Source: an uncultured virus (IMG/VR IMGVR_UViG_3300011434_000007)
Lineage: Duplodnaviria > Heunggongvirae > Uroviricota > Caudoviricetes
Direction: 5' to 3' (one strand)
DNA: 20,000 nt
Virus record (IMG/VR): IMGVR_UViG_3300011434_000007
Shown: one piece after another, positions 8,478 through 16,875 of the stretch
Position numbering within the stretch: the first letter of the stretch is position 1
Layout: every line of letters starts with the position of its first letter
Program-made: the position numbers and the translations under genes
The notes under the pieces: model-generated
Told to the model about the DNA's origin: nothing
What the model saw: only the letters and a program-made list of their open reading frames with translations
Database searches by the model: none

Positions 8478-10223
8478 ATGGCATTACCAAATCTACATTT
8501 TTATACTACGGCAGGTCTGACATTGTCTTCTCTGGACTTTGGTACGCTTGCCGCAGGATCTGAAACGGATCCACTACAGTTCTATCTCTGGAACAATAAA
8601 AACAGTACGGGTCTCTTTGTTGATGATGCTCCTACGCCTCGTATCAGCGTATTGGACTCTCTTAATAGCAAGGCCGCTGATTTTATCACCCAGGGCTGGG
8701 TCCTTGCCCGCTCATCAGGTACCACTAATCCTGATGGTATTTTAAGTTTCTTTGATGACCAGCAAGCAGTTTATACACCAATTACGGACATCCAAGACTT
8801 ACAGGTTGGTGCTATTCCAAATAACTGCGGTCGTTCCATTTATTTAAAGGTACGAGTACCTGCTGATGCACCAACACAATCAAACTTGCAGATTCAGGTA
8901 GTGGGTGGTAATGCTCCTAACGTTCAGCCCCTTCCCTACTTTTTTAATCGTGCATTTGGCGACGGCGTTGTACAAGAAGCAGTAGCAGATGCTTTTACTC
9001 CTTATTACTTGACTCAGATTGGTACTTACAGCATAGCTGTGTTGCTATCAGGTGCCTATGTTGGTTTAGCGCCTATTCGTGATTATCAGGTACAAGTTGT
9101 AACTGCTGGGACGCCAGGCGCCGCGACTTACAAGGTATCTAGTGATAACGGCAATACTTTCTCATCCACACTAACATCAGCCACGACAGGTTTTACAAAT
9201 CTTGTCACTTCAGCAGGACTTACTGAAGGCTTGCAGCTAACTTGGGTAGGCGGCCGTTTGGCGTCAGGTGACAAATGGAATGTGCATGTTGATACCAGAC
9301 CTTTCCGAGTCATTGGTGGTGCATCCAATTCCTTGACCGGTTACGTTGGAAGTGGTAATGCGCTCATTGCAAATAACAGGGTGTATCATACCAAGCCCAC
9401 TACTTTTTTGAGCTTAACAGCTTCAACACGTACATTTTTGTTCTTAGGCGTAGACGGTAGTTTTACGACCACTGTCACTAATTATAATGCTCAAGCTGGC
9501 AAGTTATTAATGGGTTGGTGGGATACCAATACTCTTGGTGTTACTAACTTTGGTAATCTTTTTAATTATGTTAGTCTGGGCCAAGATGCTTTTGATGATT
9601 TCTTGCCTATGTGGTCTTTGATCAATGGCCGCAATTGGTATTATTTTCAAGGCCGTTTTAAGAAATTCAATCAAACAGTTTACCTACCTAGTCTTACTTC
9701 ACTGATTGGTAGTTTGACCTTGACCGCAGGGATTACAAATTACTTGTATGTAGAACCCTTGAGTGAAGCTGTTGTAACTGCTCCCGGGGATTTCCCACCA
9801 GATGCTATTCCGTTGTTTGAAATAGGCGTGGGTACCAATTTCATCAATGGCGTTATTGATCGTAGAGCTCGAGTAGGATTGGTGGCGCCATCATTAAGAA
9901 TGCAAGCATCTCTGACCACAAGTTCTGTAAATGCTAATGCCACTTCATCTTTTGATTTAACAGGCTTTGTTAATAGGGCTTTGGTCCGTAAGTTAATTGT
10001 CGATGTTAGTGGCGGCGGTACTGGACACACTGTTTCAATTTACACTAACGCTGCAAAAAATGTATTGGAATACCAGGCTGGCGGTTTGTTAGATCCATTC
10101 ACAGATTCTTTCCCGTGGTTCCATGAAGACACAGATAACACCAAACAGTTGCATGTAACTATTATGAATGGAGCTACAGCACAAACATTTAATTTTCAGT
10201 TTGATTTGGAAAGGTTTGCATAG
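8478..10223 (+). CDS. Multi-domain tail fibre/baseplate accessory structural protein
   Basis: 581 aa, Thr/Gly/Ser-rich and beta-type. Modules: N-terminal LDFGTLAAG..WNNK, a GTPGAATYKVSSDNG...GDKW module, and two tandem ~90-aa repeats. AAGGA SD upstream. Confidence 0.65.
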   Translation: MALPNLHFYTTAGLTLSSLDFGTLAAGSETDPLQFYLWNNKNSTGLFVDDAPTPRISVLDSLNSKAADFITQGWVLARSSGTTNPDGILSFFDDQQAVYTPITDIQDLQVGAIPNNCGRSIYLKVRVPADAPTQSNLQIQVVGGNAPNVQPLPYFFNRAFGDGVVQEAVADAFTPYYLTQIGTYSIAVLLSGAYVGLAPIRDYQVQVVTAGTPGAATYKVSSDNGNTFSSTLTSATTGFTNLVTSAGLTEGLQLTWVGGRLASGDKWNVHVDTRPFRVIGGASNSLTGYVGSGNALIANNRVYHTKPTTFLSLTASTRTFLFLGVDGSFTTTVTNYNAQAGKLLMGWWDTNTLGVTNFGNLFNYVSLGQDAFDDFLPMWSLINGRNWYYFQGRFKKFNQTVYLPSLTSLIGSLTLTAGITNYLYVEPLSEAVVTAPGDFPPDAIPLFEIGVGTNFINGVIDRRARVGLVAPSLRMQASLTTSSVNANATSSFDLTGFVNRALVRKLIVDVSGGGTGHTVSIYTNAAKNVLEYQAGGLLDPFTDSFPWFHEDTDNTKQLHVTIMNGATAQTFNFQFDLERFA

Positions 10224-10963
10224 TGGCCTTTCCTGTTATAGCAGCAACTAATACTTCATCCCATACTAGTAACACTACTAGCCACACTATAAATTTACCC
10301 TCTGGTATCGTTTCAGGTAATTTGCTGATTGTATTTTTTACTTGCGGACCCCCTAATAATGGTGACGTGACTATTACCTGGCCTGCAGGTTGGAACATAC
10401 TCTCTGAAACATTTTTAGCTGGATCATTAGGTCATAAGCAATCAACTTATTATCGCCGTGCTGATGGTAGTGAGGGTTCTACTATTACAATAACTACTTC
10501 TGCTCTTCGTGTATCAGCGCATGGTTCTTACCGCATTACCGGGCACCATGCAACTCGTAATCCTGAAGCAGGTGTGGCAGCCACAGGATCAAGTACCAGT
10601 GCTAACCCACCGTCATTAAATCCTTCAGCGTGGGGAACTGAAGATACTTTATGGGCCGCATTCGGTTCAGCGGAATCTGGCGCAGCTCAATTTTCAGGTT
10701 TTCCTAGTGGTTATACATTAAACCAGCTTTCAGTTTCAGGTAATAATGTCCAGTTGGGTGCCGCGGCAAAGCAGTCACGGGTAGAATCAGAAGATCCTGG
10801 AACTTTTACTAATCCAAATGCACCGTGGATTGCCCAGACATTTGCCGTACCTCCTGCACCGGATGATACTGGTACTCGTACCCATCCCGTGCAACAGGCA
10901 GCTCGTATATTTCCTAATCCGCCAGCGGAAAGAACTTTTCCAAAGGTACCTACTTTAGTTTAG
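10223..10963 (+). CDS. Putative virion accessory structural protein
   Basis: 246 aa with a GTG start overlapping the upstream TAG (TAGTG). The pattern INLPSGIVSGNLLIVF..TWPAGW..YYRRADGSEG resembles beta-rich accessory proteins of environmental phages. Confidence 0.6.
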   Translation: MAFPVIAATNTSSHTSNTTSHTINLPSGIVSGNLLIVFFTCGPPNNGDVTITWPAGWNILSETFLAGSLGHKQSTYYRRADGSEGSTITITTSALRVSAHGSYRITGHHATRNPEAGVAATGSSTSANPPSLNPSAWGTEDTLWAAFGSAESGAAQFSGFPSGYTLNQLSVSGNNVQLGAAAKQSRVESEDPGTFTNPNAPWIAQTFAVPPAPDDTGTRTHPVQQAARIFPNPPAERTFPKVPTLV

Positions 10964-10976
10964 AGGTAAGGCATTT

Positions 10977-11294
10977 ATGACTAAGATTAAACAAAAAGGT
11001 AAGTGGTATGATTTAAGTGGTCATCCTTTAGTTGCTTCATTGTTGTCAAATGTAGCGGTACTTGGTGCTCTCGGTGGAAGTGTTTGGGCTCTTGGTGATC
11101 GTCCTCCTTGGGCAGGCATTCAACGTGTCAGTAATATAGAACAGGCAAATATGTTAACTCGTTATAGTCAGGTTCTAGAAGCCATAACGAAATTGAAAAA
11201 TAAGAAAAGAACTTCAGAGGAGCAGCAGTGGTATAATAGTTTGCTTCTTGAACAAAAAATCTTAGCTTGTCAATTGAAACTGGAGAAATGTTAA
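10977..11294 (+). CDS. Putative holin/antiholin-like single-TM protein
   Basis: One hydrophobic segment (LVASLLSNVAVLGALGGSVWAL) followed by a helical soluble domain. Directly upstream of, and coupled to (TAATG), the endolysin. Confidence 0.5.
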   Translation: MTKIKQKGKWYDLSGHPLVASLLSNVAVLGALGGSVWALGDRPPWAGIQRVSNIEQANMLTRYSQVLEAITKLKNKKRTSEEQQWYNSLLLEQKILACQLKLEKC

Positions 11295-11833
11295 TGGCTT
11301 ATTCTCAAATCTTCGAACGCGTTATTAAACATCATTTTCTTGTTGAGGGTGGAGAAGTTGATAATCCCTATGATCCCGGTGGTTATACTAAGTATGGAAT
11401 TGCACAACGTTATAATTCTGATGTTGATGTTCGTGGTTTGACAGAGGAAACTGCCAAGGCCTTGTATTACGAGCGTTACTGGAAACCTCTTGGATTGGAT
11501 GCTATTTCAGATGAAAGAGTGGCTGCTGAGATGTTTGACCAGGGCGCCGGTCCCAATGGCATTTCAGTTGCTATTAAAATAGCGCAAGGCGCTCTTAACT
11601 TATTGCGCGTTTCTGTTAAAGTAGACGGTGCAATGGGTCCGATAACCGCAGCGGCCTTGAATGGGTATCCTCATATTGATGCCTTAGTCAAATTAATGAA
11701 TTGTCTGCAGTTCACTCATTTCTTAGTTGGTAGTGCAAATGTCGAAGAAGTTATTCAGATGGCTCGAGAGCGTTTGCCTCAACTAAAAGAGTTTATGCGT
11801 GGCTGGCTGAAGCGTATTGACGCTAGCACGTGA
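11294..11833 (+). CDS. Endolysin, glycoside hydrolase family 108 with a C-terminal PG_binding_3-like region
   Basis: Has the GH108 signature EGGEVDNPYDPGGYTKYGI, plus VDGAMGPIT and FMRGWLKR. The start is placed at ATG 11294 (GGAG at 11282-11285; TAATG coupling) rather than at 11267. Confidence 0.9.
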   Translation: MAYSQIFERVIKHHFLVEGGEVDNPYDPGGYTKYGIAQRYNSDVDVRGLTEETAKALYYERYWKPLGLDAISDERVAAEMFDQGAGPNGISVAIKIAQGALNLLRVSVKVDGAMGPITAAALNGYPHIDALVKLMNCLQFTHFLVGSANVEEVIQMARERLPQLKEFMRGWLKRIDAST

Positions 11834-11924
11834 TTGTTCTTGGTGCTTACCCTAATATGGTAAAGCATGCTGTCAGTTTCATTAACCTCACAAAACATCA
11901 GAGTATTATTAAAAGGGGAAATTC

Positions 11925-13169
11925 ATGGGTACAAAATGGACTACTAACGAAATTGCTTTGCTTCGTAAACATTACAGCATACGTGGTCCAAAAGGTCTAC
12001 AAGAACTCTTGCCTGGTCGCACAGCTGCAGCCATTGAAAATCAGGCCGGTTCGTTGGGTTTATATTTTGAAGCCTCTCACAAGACCAATACAATAACTGC
12101 AGCAGCAGCCCTTACCCAAGAAGAAATCGATAACGTAGCCAAGCAAAAGATTCTTAAGTTTTTAGGTGGTGGCAAGCATAAGGGTCTTATTGATGTTTGT
12201 AACCACCTTGATAAGTCTCCTGCCGCAATTCAGAAGTATCTCACTGAACTCAAAAAAGAACATTATAATATTAGTCTTAAACCCGAAGGTGTTTCGTTGG
12301 CGTCCGACCCCCTACAGGGTGGCAAACAGGTTATTGATGTTGAAAAGTACTTCGGCAGCAGTCGTGAAGTTACTTTTGGTGTCATCAGTGACATGCATTA
12401 TGGCAACGTCCATAGTCGTGAAGAGCTCATCAAGCTCCAGTATGAAATCTTTAAACGTGAAGGCGTTGAGATTGTCTTTGAATGCGGCAACATGATTGAT
12501 GGTGAGCTACATCTCAATCGTTATGAACTTGTTGCTAGTGGCATTGATGGGCAAGTTAACTATTTAGTCAATCATGCTCCGCGGGTTGACGGTGTCACCA
12601 CGTATTTCATTACGGGTGACGATCATGAAGGTTGGTTGGCCCATAACGTAGGAATCAACATTGGTGCGCATATTCAAGATTCTTTTGAGCGGGCTGGTCG
12701 CACTGATTGGAAGTATCTGGGATTTCTTGAAGCCGATGTTGAATTTAAGACCAGAGAGGGTGGCGCATGCGTTCGGTTAGCCCATCCAGGTGGCGGGACG
12801 GCCTATGCTCTCAGCTATACCCTACAGAAGATAGTTGAGTCCCTACAGGGAGGCGAAAAACCGCACGTATACCTTTCTGGTCATTACCACAAGATGGGGT
12901 ACTGGATGGTTCGTAACATTCACACCTTCTTGGTTGGTTGCATGGAAGATCAGACGACTTTCATGCGTAAGAAACACATTGAAGCTCATCTTGGCGCTTA
13001 CATTGTACGCATGACTTTGGCGCCGAACGGTACGATTTTAAAGATTCTCCCAGAGGCCTTTCCATACTTCGATAAGAAGGTTTATCAGGTCAATGGTGAT
13101 TATAATATGCCTGGCTTGGAAGTAGTCGAGGCAAAAAAGAAAAAACCAGCACCTGTTAAAACGTTCTAA
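11925..13169 (+). CDS. Calcineurin-like metallophosphoesterase with N-terminal Myb-like and winged-HTH domains
   Basis: Metal-binding motifs SDMHYG, GNMIDG, TGDDHE, HPGGG and SGHYH. The N-terminus has KWTTNEIALLRKHY..GRTAAAI, then an HTH-like segment (LDKSPAAIQKYLTELKKEHYNI). AGGGG SD. Confidence 0.85.
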   Translation: MGTKWTTNEIALLRKHYSIRGPKGLQELLPGRTAAAIENQAGSLGLYFEASHKTNTITAAAALTQEEIDNVAKQKILKFLGGGKHKGLIDVCNHLDKSPAAIQKYLTELKKEHYNISLKPEGVSLASDPLQGGKQVIDVEKYFGSSREVTFGVISDMHYGNVHSREELIKLQYEIFKREGVEIVFECGNMIDGELHLNRYELVASGIDGQVNYLVNHAPRVDGVTTYFITGDDHEGWLAHNVGINIGAHIQDSFERAGRTDWKYLGFLEADVEFKTREGGACVRLAHPGGGTAYALSYTLQKIVESLQGGEKPHVYLSGHYHKMGYWMVRNIHTFLVGCMEDQTTFMRKKHIEAHLGAYIVRMTLAPNGTILKILPEAFPYFDKKVYQVNGDYNMPGLEVVEAKKKKPAPVKTF

Positions 13170-13182
13170 GTGGTGGAGGGGT
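13169..13182 (+). repeat. 14-nt motif AGTGGTGGAGGGGT, copy 1 (contains the RBS of the RNR gene)
   Basis: Identical to 19401-19414; flanking TTCT(A/T) extends the match to 18/19 nt. Confidence 0.8.
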
Positions 13183-13185
13183 CAG

Positions 13186-14799
13186 ATGTCGCAATTTTCG
13201 GATTTGATCTTTAAGCGTACCTATGCTTTTACTGAAGACGAAACGTGGGAGCAATGCGCTAGGCGGGTATCACATTTCGTTGCCCAAGCAGCGCCACAAG
13301 AATGGGCAAAAAGCGAGCTAGAATATCTTTTCTACAAGGTAATTTCCACCAAAAAGTTCATTCCCGGTGGAAGGTACCTTTATTCAGCCGGCCGTAAGAT
13401 TCCCCAGTTAAATAACTGTTTCTTGTTGCGAGCTGAAGATAGTCGTGAAGGTTGGGGTCGTTTAGTTGATCGCCATGTTAACGGCTTGGCAACTGGTGGT
13501 GGCTGTGGCACCGAGTATTCACAGATACGTGAGAACGGTGCACCCATCAAGGGTTACGGTGGCACAGCTTCAGGTCCCATATCATTGATGGCGATGGTTA
13601 ATGAAGTCGCCAGGCATGTACTTGCAGGTGGAAAGAGACGTTCTGCTCTATGGGCAGGTCTCAATTGGCAGCATCCTGATATTGAAGCTTTTATTTCAGT
13701 TAAGAACTGGTCAACTCAGATGCGTGCCTGTAAAGAGGCAGATTTTAATTTTCCAGCGCCTCTTGACATGACGAATATTTCAGTGGGTTTAGATGACGAC
13801 TTTTTTGCGGAAGTGCATAAGAATCCCAAGGTATGGGATCTCTATTACCGCATCTGCAAATCAATGTGTAAGACTGGCGAGCCAGGGTTCTCTGTTAATT
13901 TAGGGAACAGGCGCAATGAAACGCTTCGCAATGCATGTACAGAAGTCACGAGTGAATTCGACTCAGATACATGTAACCTTGGCTCCGTCAATCTCAGTCG
14001 TATTAGTGATCTTGAAGAATTAAAAACTGTGACTGCCATTGGTGTGCAGTTTTTGTATTGTGGTACTTTTTTGAGCTGGCTGCCACATCAGGACTTTGTC
14101 AATGTTCGTAATAAGCTTCGGCGTATTGGTATTGGCTTAATGGGCGTGCATGAGTGGTGCTTGAAGAATGATTTACCCTATGCCCCTAGTGATAAGCTGG
14201 ACCGTTGGCTATTTGAATGGCGAGATGCCTCCGCTGAGCAGGCAGCAAATATGGGTCACATTTTTGGATCAGACACCATCCAGCCAATTGCTGTGCGAGC
14301 TATTGCACCTACAGGTACTATTGGCATCATTGGTGAGACAACCACTGGCATCGAACCTATTTTCTGTGTTGCCTATAAGCGTCGCTTCCTCAATGGTGCA
14401 GACGGCAAATGGAAATATTCTTACGTCGTTGATCCTACAGCTGAGCGCTTGATACAACAAGGTATCAAGCCAGATGCCATTGAAGATGCTTATGAGCTAG
14501 CCCATGACGTTGAACGCCGCCTTAAAATGCAAGCATTCGTTCAACAATACGTTGATCAGGGCATTTCTTCAACCATCAATATGCCAGCTTGGGGTGAACC
14601 TGGTAACAATAATGCCAAACATTTTGCACAGACTTTATTGAAGTATCTCCCCCAATTGAGAGGTATTACTGTTTATCCTGAAGGTGCTCGTGCGGGCCAG
14701 CCTATCACACCCATGAGTTATGAGGAAGCTATAAAACATAAGGGTGTTGTGTTTGAAGAATCTGGTGATCGCTGTATTGGTGGAACTTGCGGTGTTTGA
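13186..14799 (+). CDS. nrdJ: Ribonucleotide reductase, compact class II (adenosylcobalamin-dependent) type
   Basis: Motifs PGGRYL, NNCF, RRSA, GEPG, NACTE (thiyl-radical Cys), CNLGSVNL, IAPTGT, DQGISSTIN and a C-terminal CIGGTC redox pair. There is no ATP cone and no beta subunit nearby, so class II is inferred. Confidence 0.85.
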   Translation: MSQFSDLIFKRTYAFTEDETWEQCARRVSHFVAQAAPQEWAKSELEYLFYKVISTKKFIPGGRYLYSAGRKIPQLNNCFLLRAEDSREGWGRLVDRHVNGLATGGGCGTEYSQIRENGAPIKGYGGTASGPISLMAMVNEVARHVLAGGKRRSALWAGLNWQHPDIEAFISVKNWSTQMRACKEADFNFPAPLDMTNISVGLDDDFFAEVHKNPKVWDLYYRICKSMCKTGEPGFSVNLGNRRNETLRNACTEVTSEFDSDTCNLGSVNLSRISDLEELKTVTAIGVQFLYCGTFLSWLPHQDFVNVRNKLRRIGIGLMGVHEWCLKNDLPYAPSDKLDRWLFEWRDASAEQAANMGHIFGSDTIQPIAVRAIAPTGTIGIIGETTTGIEPIFCVAYKRRFLNGADGKWKYSYVVDPTAERLIQQGIKPDAIEDAYELAHDVERRLKMQAFVQQYVDQGISSTINMPAWGEPGNNNAKHFAQTLLKYLPQLRGITVYPEGARAGQPITPMSYEEAIKHKGVVFEESGDRCIGGTCGV

Positions 14800-14800
14800 C

Positions 14801-15055
14801 ATGAACCGTCGCGAAAAACCAAATGCCAAGCTCGGTAAGATTACACAGGTGGATGAAGGTGTTGCATTAAGGTATCACAGGCGCAAAGACGGTAGCGTGG
14901 TTATGCACACCATCTGTTGTGACTGTTGCTTAGTCCATCTTGAACAATACATTGTAAATAAAAATTATATCTCCGTTAAGGTTTGGAGAGTGGATAATGC
15001 TACCCGAAAGCTCAGAACCAAATTTAAACGTCAAGTGCTACGAGATCAATCATGA
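14801..15055 (+). CDS. Small hypothetical protein with a CCDCCLVH metal-binding motif
   Basis: The ATG lies 1 nt after the RNR TGA, giving an 84-aa basic ORF. The 14744 start in the ORF track lies inside the RNR gene and is unlikely. Confidence 0.7.
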   Translation: MNRREKPNAKLGKITQVDEGVALRYHRRKDGSVVMHTICCDCCLVHLEQYIVNKNYISVKVWRVDNATRKLRTKFKRQVLRDQS

Positions 15056-15509
15056 AGCTTTGTATCATGATTTGATGCTGTTCGCAGACTATGTTCGTTT
15101 AACGTACAAGGAGAAGCCTCGCTTATTTGGCGTACCCCGTGGAGGCTTAATAATAGCTGGCCACTTGGCACATATCCTTGACATCAAAGAAATTCTTGCC
15201 TGTCCAGTTTCACTCATGCCTTTGATGCGAAATCTTATGAAACCGACAGATCTAATTGTTGAAGATATCTATGATTCAGGTAAAACGTACCGTGAGATAC
15301 GTGAATATGTGTGGCCTGAAGTACGTGTTGTGTCCCTTTATTGTAAGCGGGATTATCCTGAAGATTGTGAGGGCCAATCTCAATTTATAAGGTCACTTGA
15401 CGTCGCACCTGATACCTTTGTATTATTTCCATGGGAGAAGATGGCTTATGAGTACTATGAAAAGTTTAAGCACAACAGGTTTGTCCAAGGTTGGTGGGCA
15501 CAAAGCTGA
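14997..15509 (+). CDS. Type I phosphoribosyltransferase (xanthine-guanine PRT-like)
   Basis: GVPRGGLI, the PRPP-binding loop LIVEDIYDSGKT, and C-terminal FVLFPWE, all typical of Gpt-like enzymes. GGAG SD at 14985. Confidence 0.85.
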   Translation: MLPESSEPNLNVKCYEINHEALYHDLMLFADYVRLTYKEKPRLFGVPRGGLIIAGHLAHILDIKEILACPVSLMPLMRNLMKPTDLIVEDIYDSGKTYREIREYVWPEVRVVSLYCKRDYPEDCEGQSQFIRSLDVAPDTFVLFPWEKMAYEYYEKFKHNRFVQGWWAQS

Positions 15510-15921
15510 TGGTGGCAAATTAGACTTTTCGCTACTACCTACTGTTTTATGGCATCTTGTTCAAGTTTATACTTTAGGCGCTATCAAGTATGGTCGAGGT
15601 AATTACAAGAAAGGAATGAAGTTTAGCAGGATCTTCGCGGCTACATGTCGTCACTTATTTCGCTGGTGGTGGTTTCGTGAAAAGTTAGATCCTATCGATG
15701 GCCAGCATCATTTAGCTTCAGCTGCCTGGGGTTGTTTAACATTGATGGAATACGAAATCATACACCCTGATAAAGATGATCGTGTTAACGGACCAGCTGA
15801 TGAACTAATAACACTGTTTCCTGAAAAGGGCATTGATTACTTGGCTATGATTGACGTTAAGGGCTGGGAAGATGACGTACCTATAAAGGTAAAGCTAAAA
15901 AGTAAGAAGAGGAAGAAGTAA
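15448..15921 (+). CDS. dATP/dGTP diphosphohydrolase-like protein (DUF5664/PF18909)
   Basis: Signature GHKADGGK..FSLLP..VYTLGAIKYGRGNYKKG..RH..LDPIDGQHHLASAAW. The start is placed at ATG 15448, after GGAGAAG. Confidence 0.85.
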   Translation: MSTMKSLSTTGLSKVGGHKADGGKLDFSLLPTVLWHLVQVYTLGAIKYGRGNYKKGMKFSRIFAATCRHLFRWWWFREKLDPIDGQHHLASAAWGCLTLMEYEIIHPDKDDRVNGPADELITLFPEKGIDYLAMIDVKGWEDDVPIKVKLKSKKRKK

Positions 15922-16247
15922 TGGAACGTAAGGAAGTTTTTGAACTGATTGATGGCGAACGCACCTACCAGGAAAGATTGTGGAACGGTTCCACAACAGT
16001 TTTGGGTAATGAACACAGGAACAAGCATTCTCTTGAGGAATGGTTCTTGTATATTGAAGATTATGTCAGTGAAGCAAAACACATTTTATCACGAATTGCT
16101 TCGCCTGACTGTGATCGTGAGGCTTCTTCAATTATGCGCAAGGTGGCAGCCTTGGCAGTTGTTGCACTTGAACAACATGGCGCAGAATCCCGAGGTCTTC
16201 CAGTGCCTGAAATAATTAAGGCCCATGGTATAGCAGAGATGAAATGA
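15921..16247 (+). CDS. MazG-like all-alpha NTP pyrophosphatase (putative)
   Basis: The pattern ERTYQERLW..HSLEEW..IEDYVSEA..RKVAALAVVALEQ resembles phage MazG-like proteins. TAATG coupling to the previous gene. Confidence 0.55.
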   Translation: MERKEVFELIDGERTYQERLWNGSTTVLGNEHRNKHSLEEWFLYIEDYVSEAKHILSRIASPDCDREASSIMRKVAALAVVALEQHGAESRGLPVPEIIKAHGIAEMK

Positions 16248-16258
16248 TGATTGATTAG

Positions 16259-16384
16259 ATGCTATTTGAATGTGAAATATTTAACTGTTTCTGGCATGAT
16301 CCCCGTTTCTGGGTAGCTTCAGGTCCAGCAATATTTGGTATGTTTTTGTTTCTAATCATGGCAGTAAAAAGGAGATTGTGGTAA
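16259..16384 (+). CDS. 41-aa single-TM peptide (not in the ORF track)
   Basis: MLFECEIFNCFWHDPRFWVASGPAIFGMFLFLIMAVKRRLW fills the gap, and its TAA overlaps the ATG of the deaminase. Confidence 0.6.
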   Translation: MLFECEIFNCFWHDPRFWVASGPAIFGMFLFLIMAVKRRLW

Positions 16385-16875
16385 TGACACGTACTAAGGA
16401 ATGGTGGGATAATTGGTTCTTACAGCTGGCGGCTTTTTACTCCACCGCTTCAAAAGATCCTAGCACGAAAGTAGGTGCTGTACTCGTTGAATCTAGAACT
16501 AATTTGGTGTTAGGTCTAGGCTACAACGGTTTTCCACGAGGTGTACAAGATACACAAGAACGTCTAGAAAATCGTGAACTCAAATATAAACTTGTTGTGC
16601 ATGCTGAGGTTAATGCCATATTAATGGCCGGTAACCGTGCCAGGGGTGGTCGCCTTTACGTTTATCCTAGTTTCATGCTCCCACCCATTTGCAATGAGTG
16701 TTGCAAGGTGGCCATTCAAGCTGGCATCTCAGAAATTGTTGGCTTCATGGTTGATGAGCAGGATGCTCGTGCCTTGCGGTGGAAAGATTCTATTTTGATT
16801 TCAAGAATGATGTGTGATGAAGCTGGCATAGCTTACCGTGGAATTCCATTACAGGAAATAGGTCATGGTGGATAA
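16384..16875 (+). CDS. dCMP deaminase
   Basis: Motifs SKDPSTKVGA, GYNGFPRG, HAEVNA and PICNEC (Zn site). AGGAG SD lies upstream of ATG 16384. Confidence 0.92.
   Translation: MTRTKEWWDNWFLQLAAFYSTASKDPSTKVGAVLVESRTNLVLGLGYNGFPRGVQDTQERLENRELKYKLVVHAEVNAILMAGNRARGGRLYVYPSFMLPPICNECCKVAIQAGISEIVGFMVDEQDARALRWKDSILISRMMCDEAGIAYRGIPLQEIGHGG

Noticed and set aside
4175..10963. Contractile (myovirus) baseplate, suggested by the OB-fold spike
   Set aside because: No recognisable gpW/gp25, baseplate J or LysM genes follow the hub and spike, so a non-contractile tip is more likely. Genes outside the window could change this.
11834..11861. Possible promoter TTGTTC-16bp-TATGGT upstream of the nucleotide module
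   Set aside because: Weak match to consensus; plausible by position but not supportable from sequence alone.
11830..12096. 88-aa + strand ORF after the lysin
   Set aside because: It overlaps the phosphoesterase gene by about 170 nt in another frame and has no recognisable features; the phosphoesterase has its own SD.
14997..15509. PRTase as part of a NAD+ reconstitution (NARP) anti-defence pathway
   Set aside because: It is a single-domain Gpt-like enzyme, not a PRPP-synthetase-like protein, and no Nampt-like or NMNAT partner is present.
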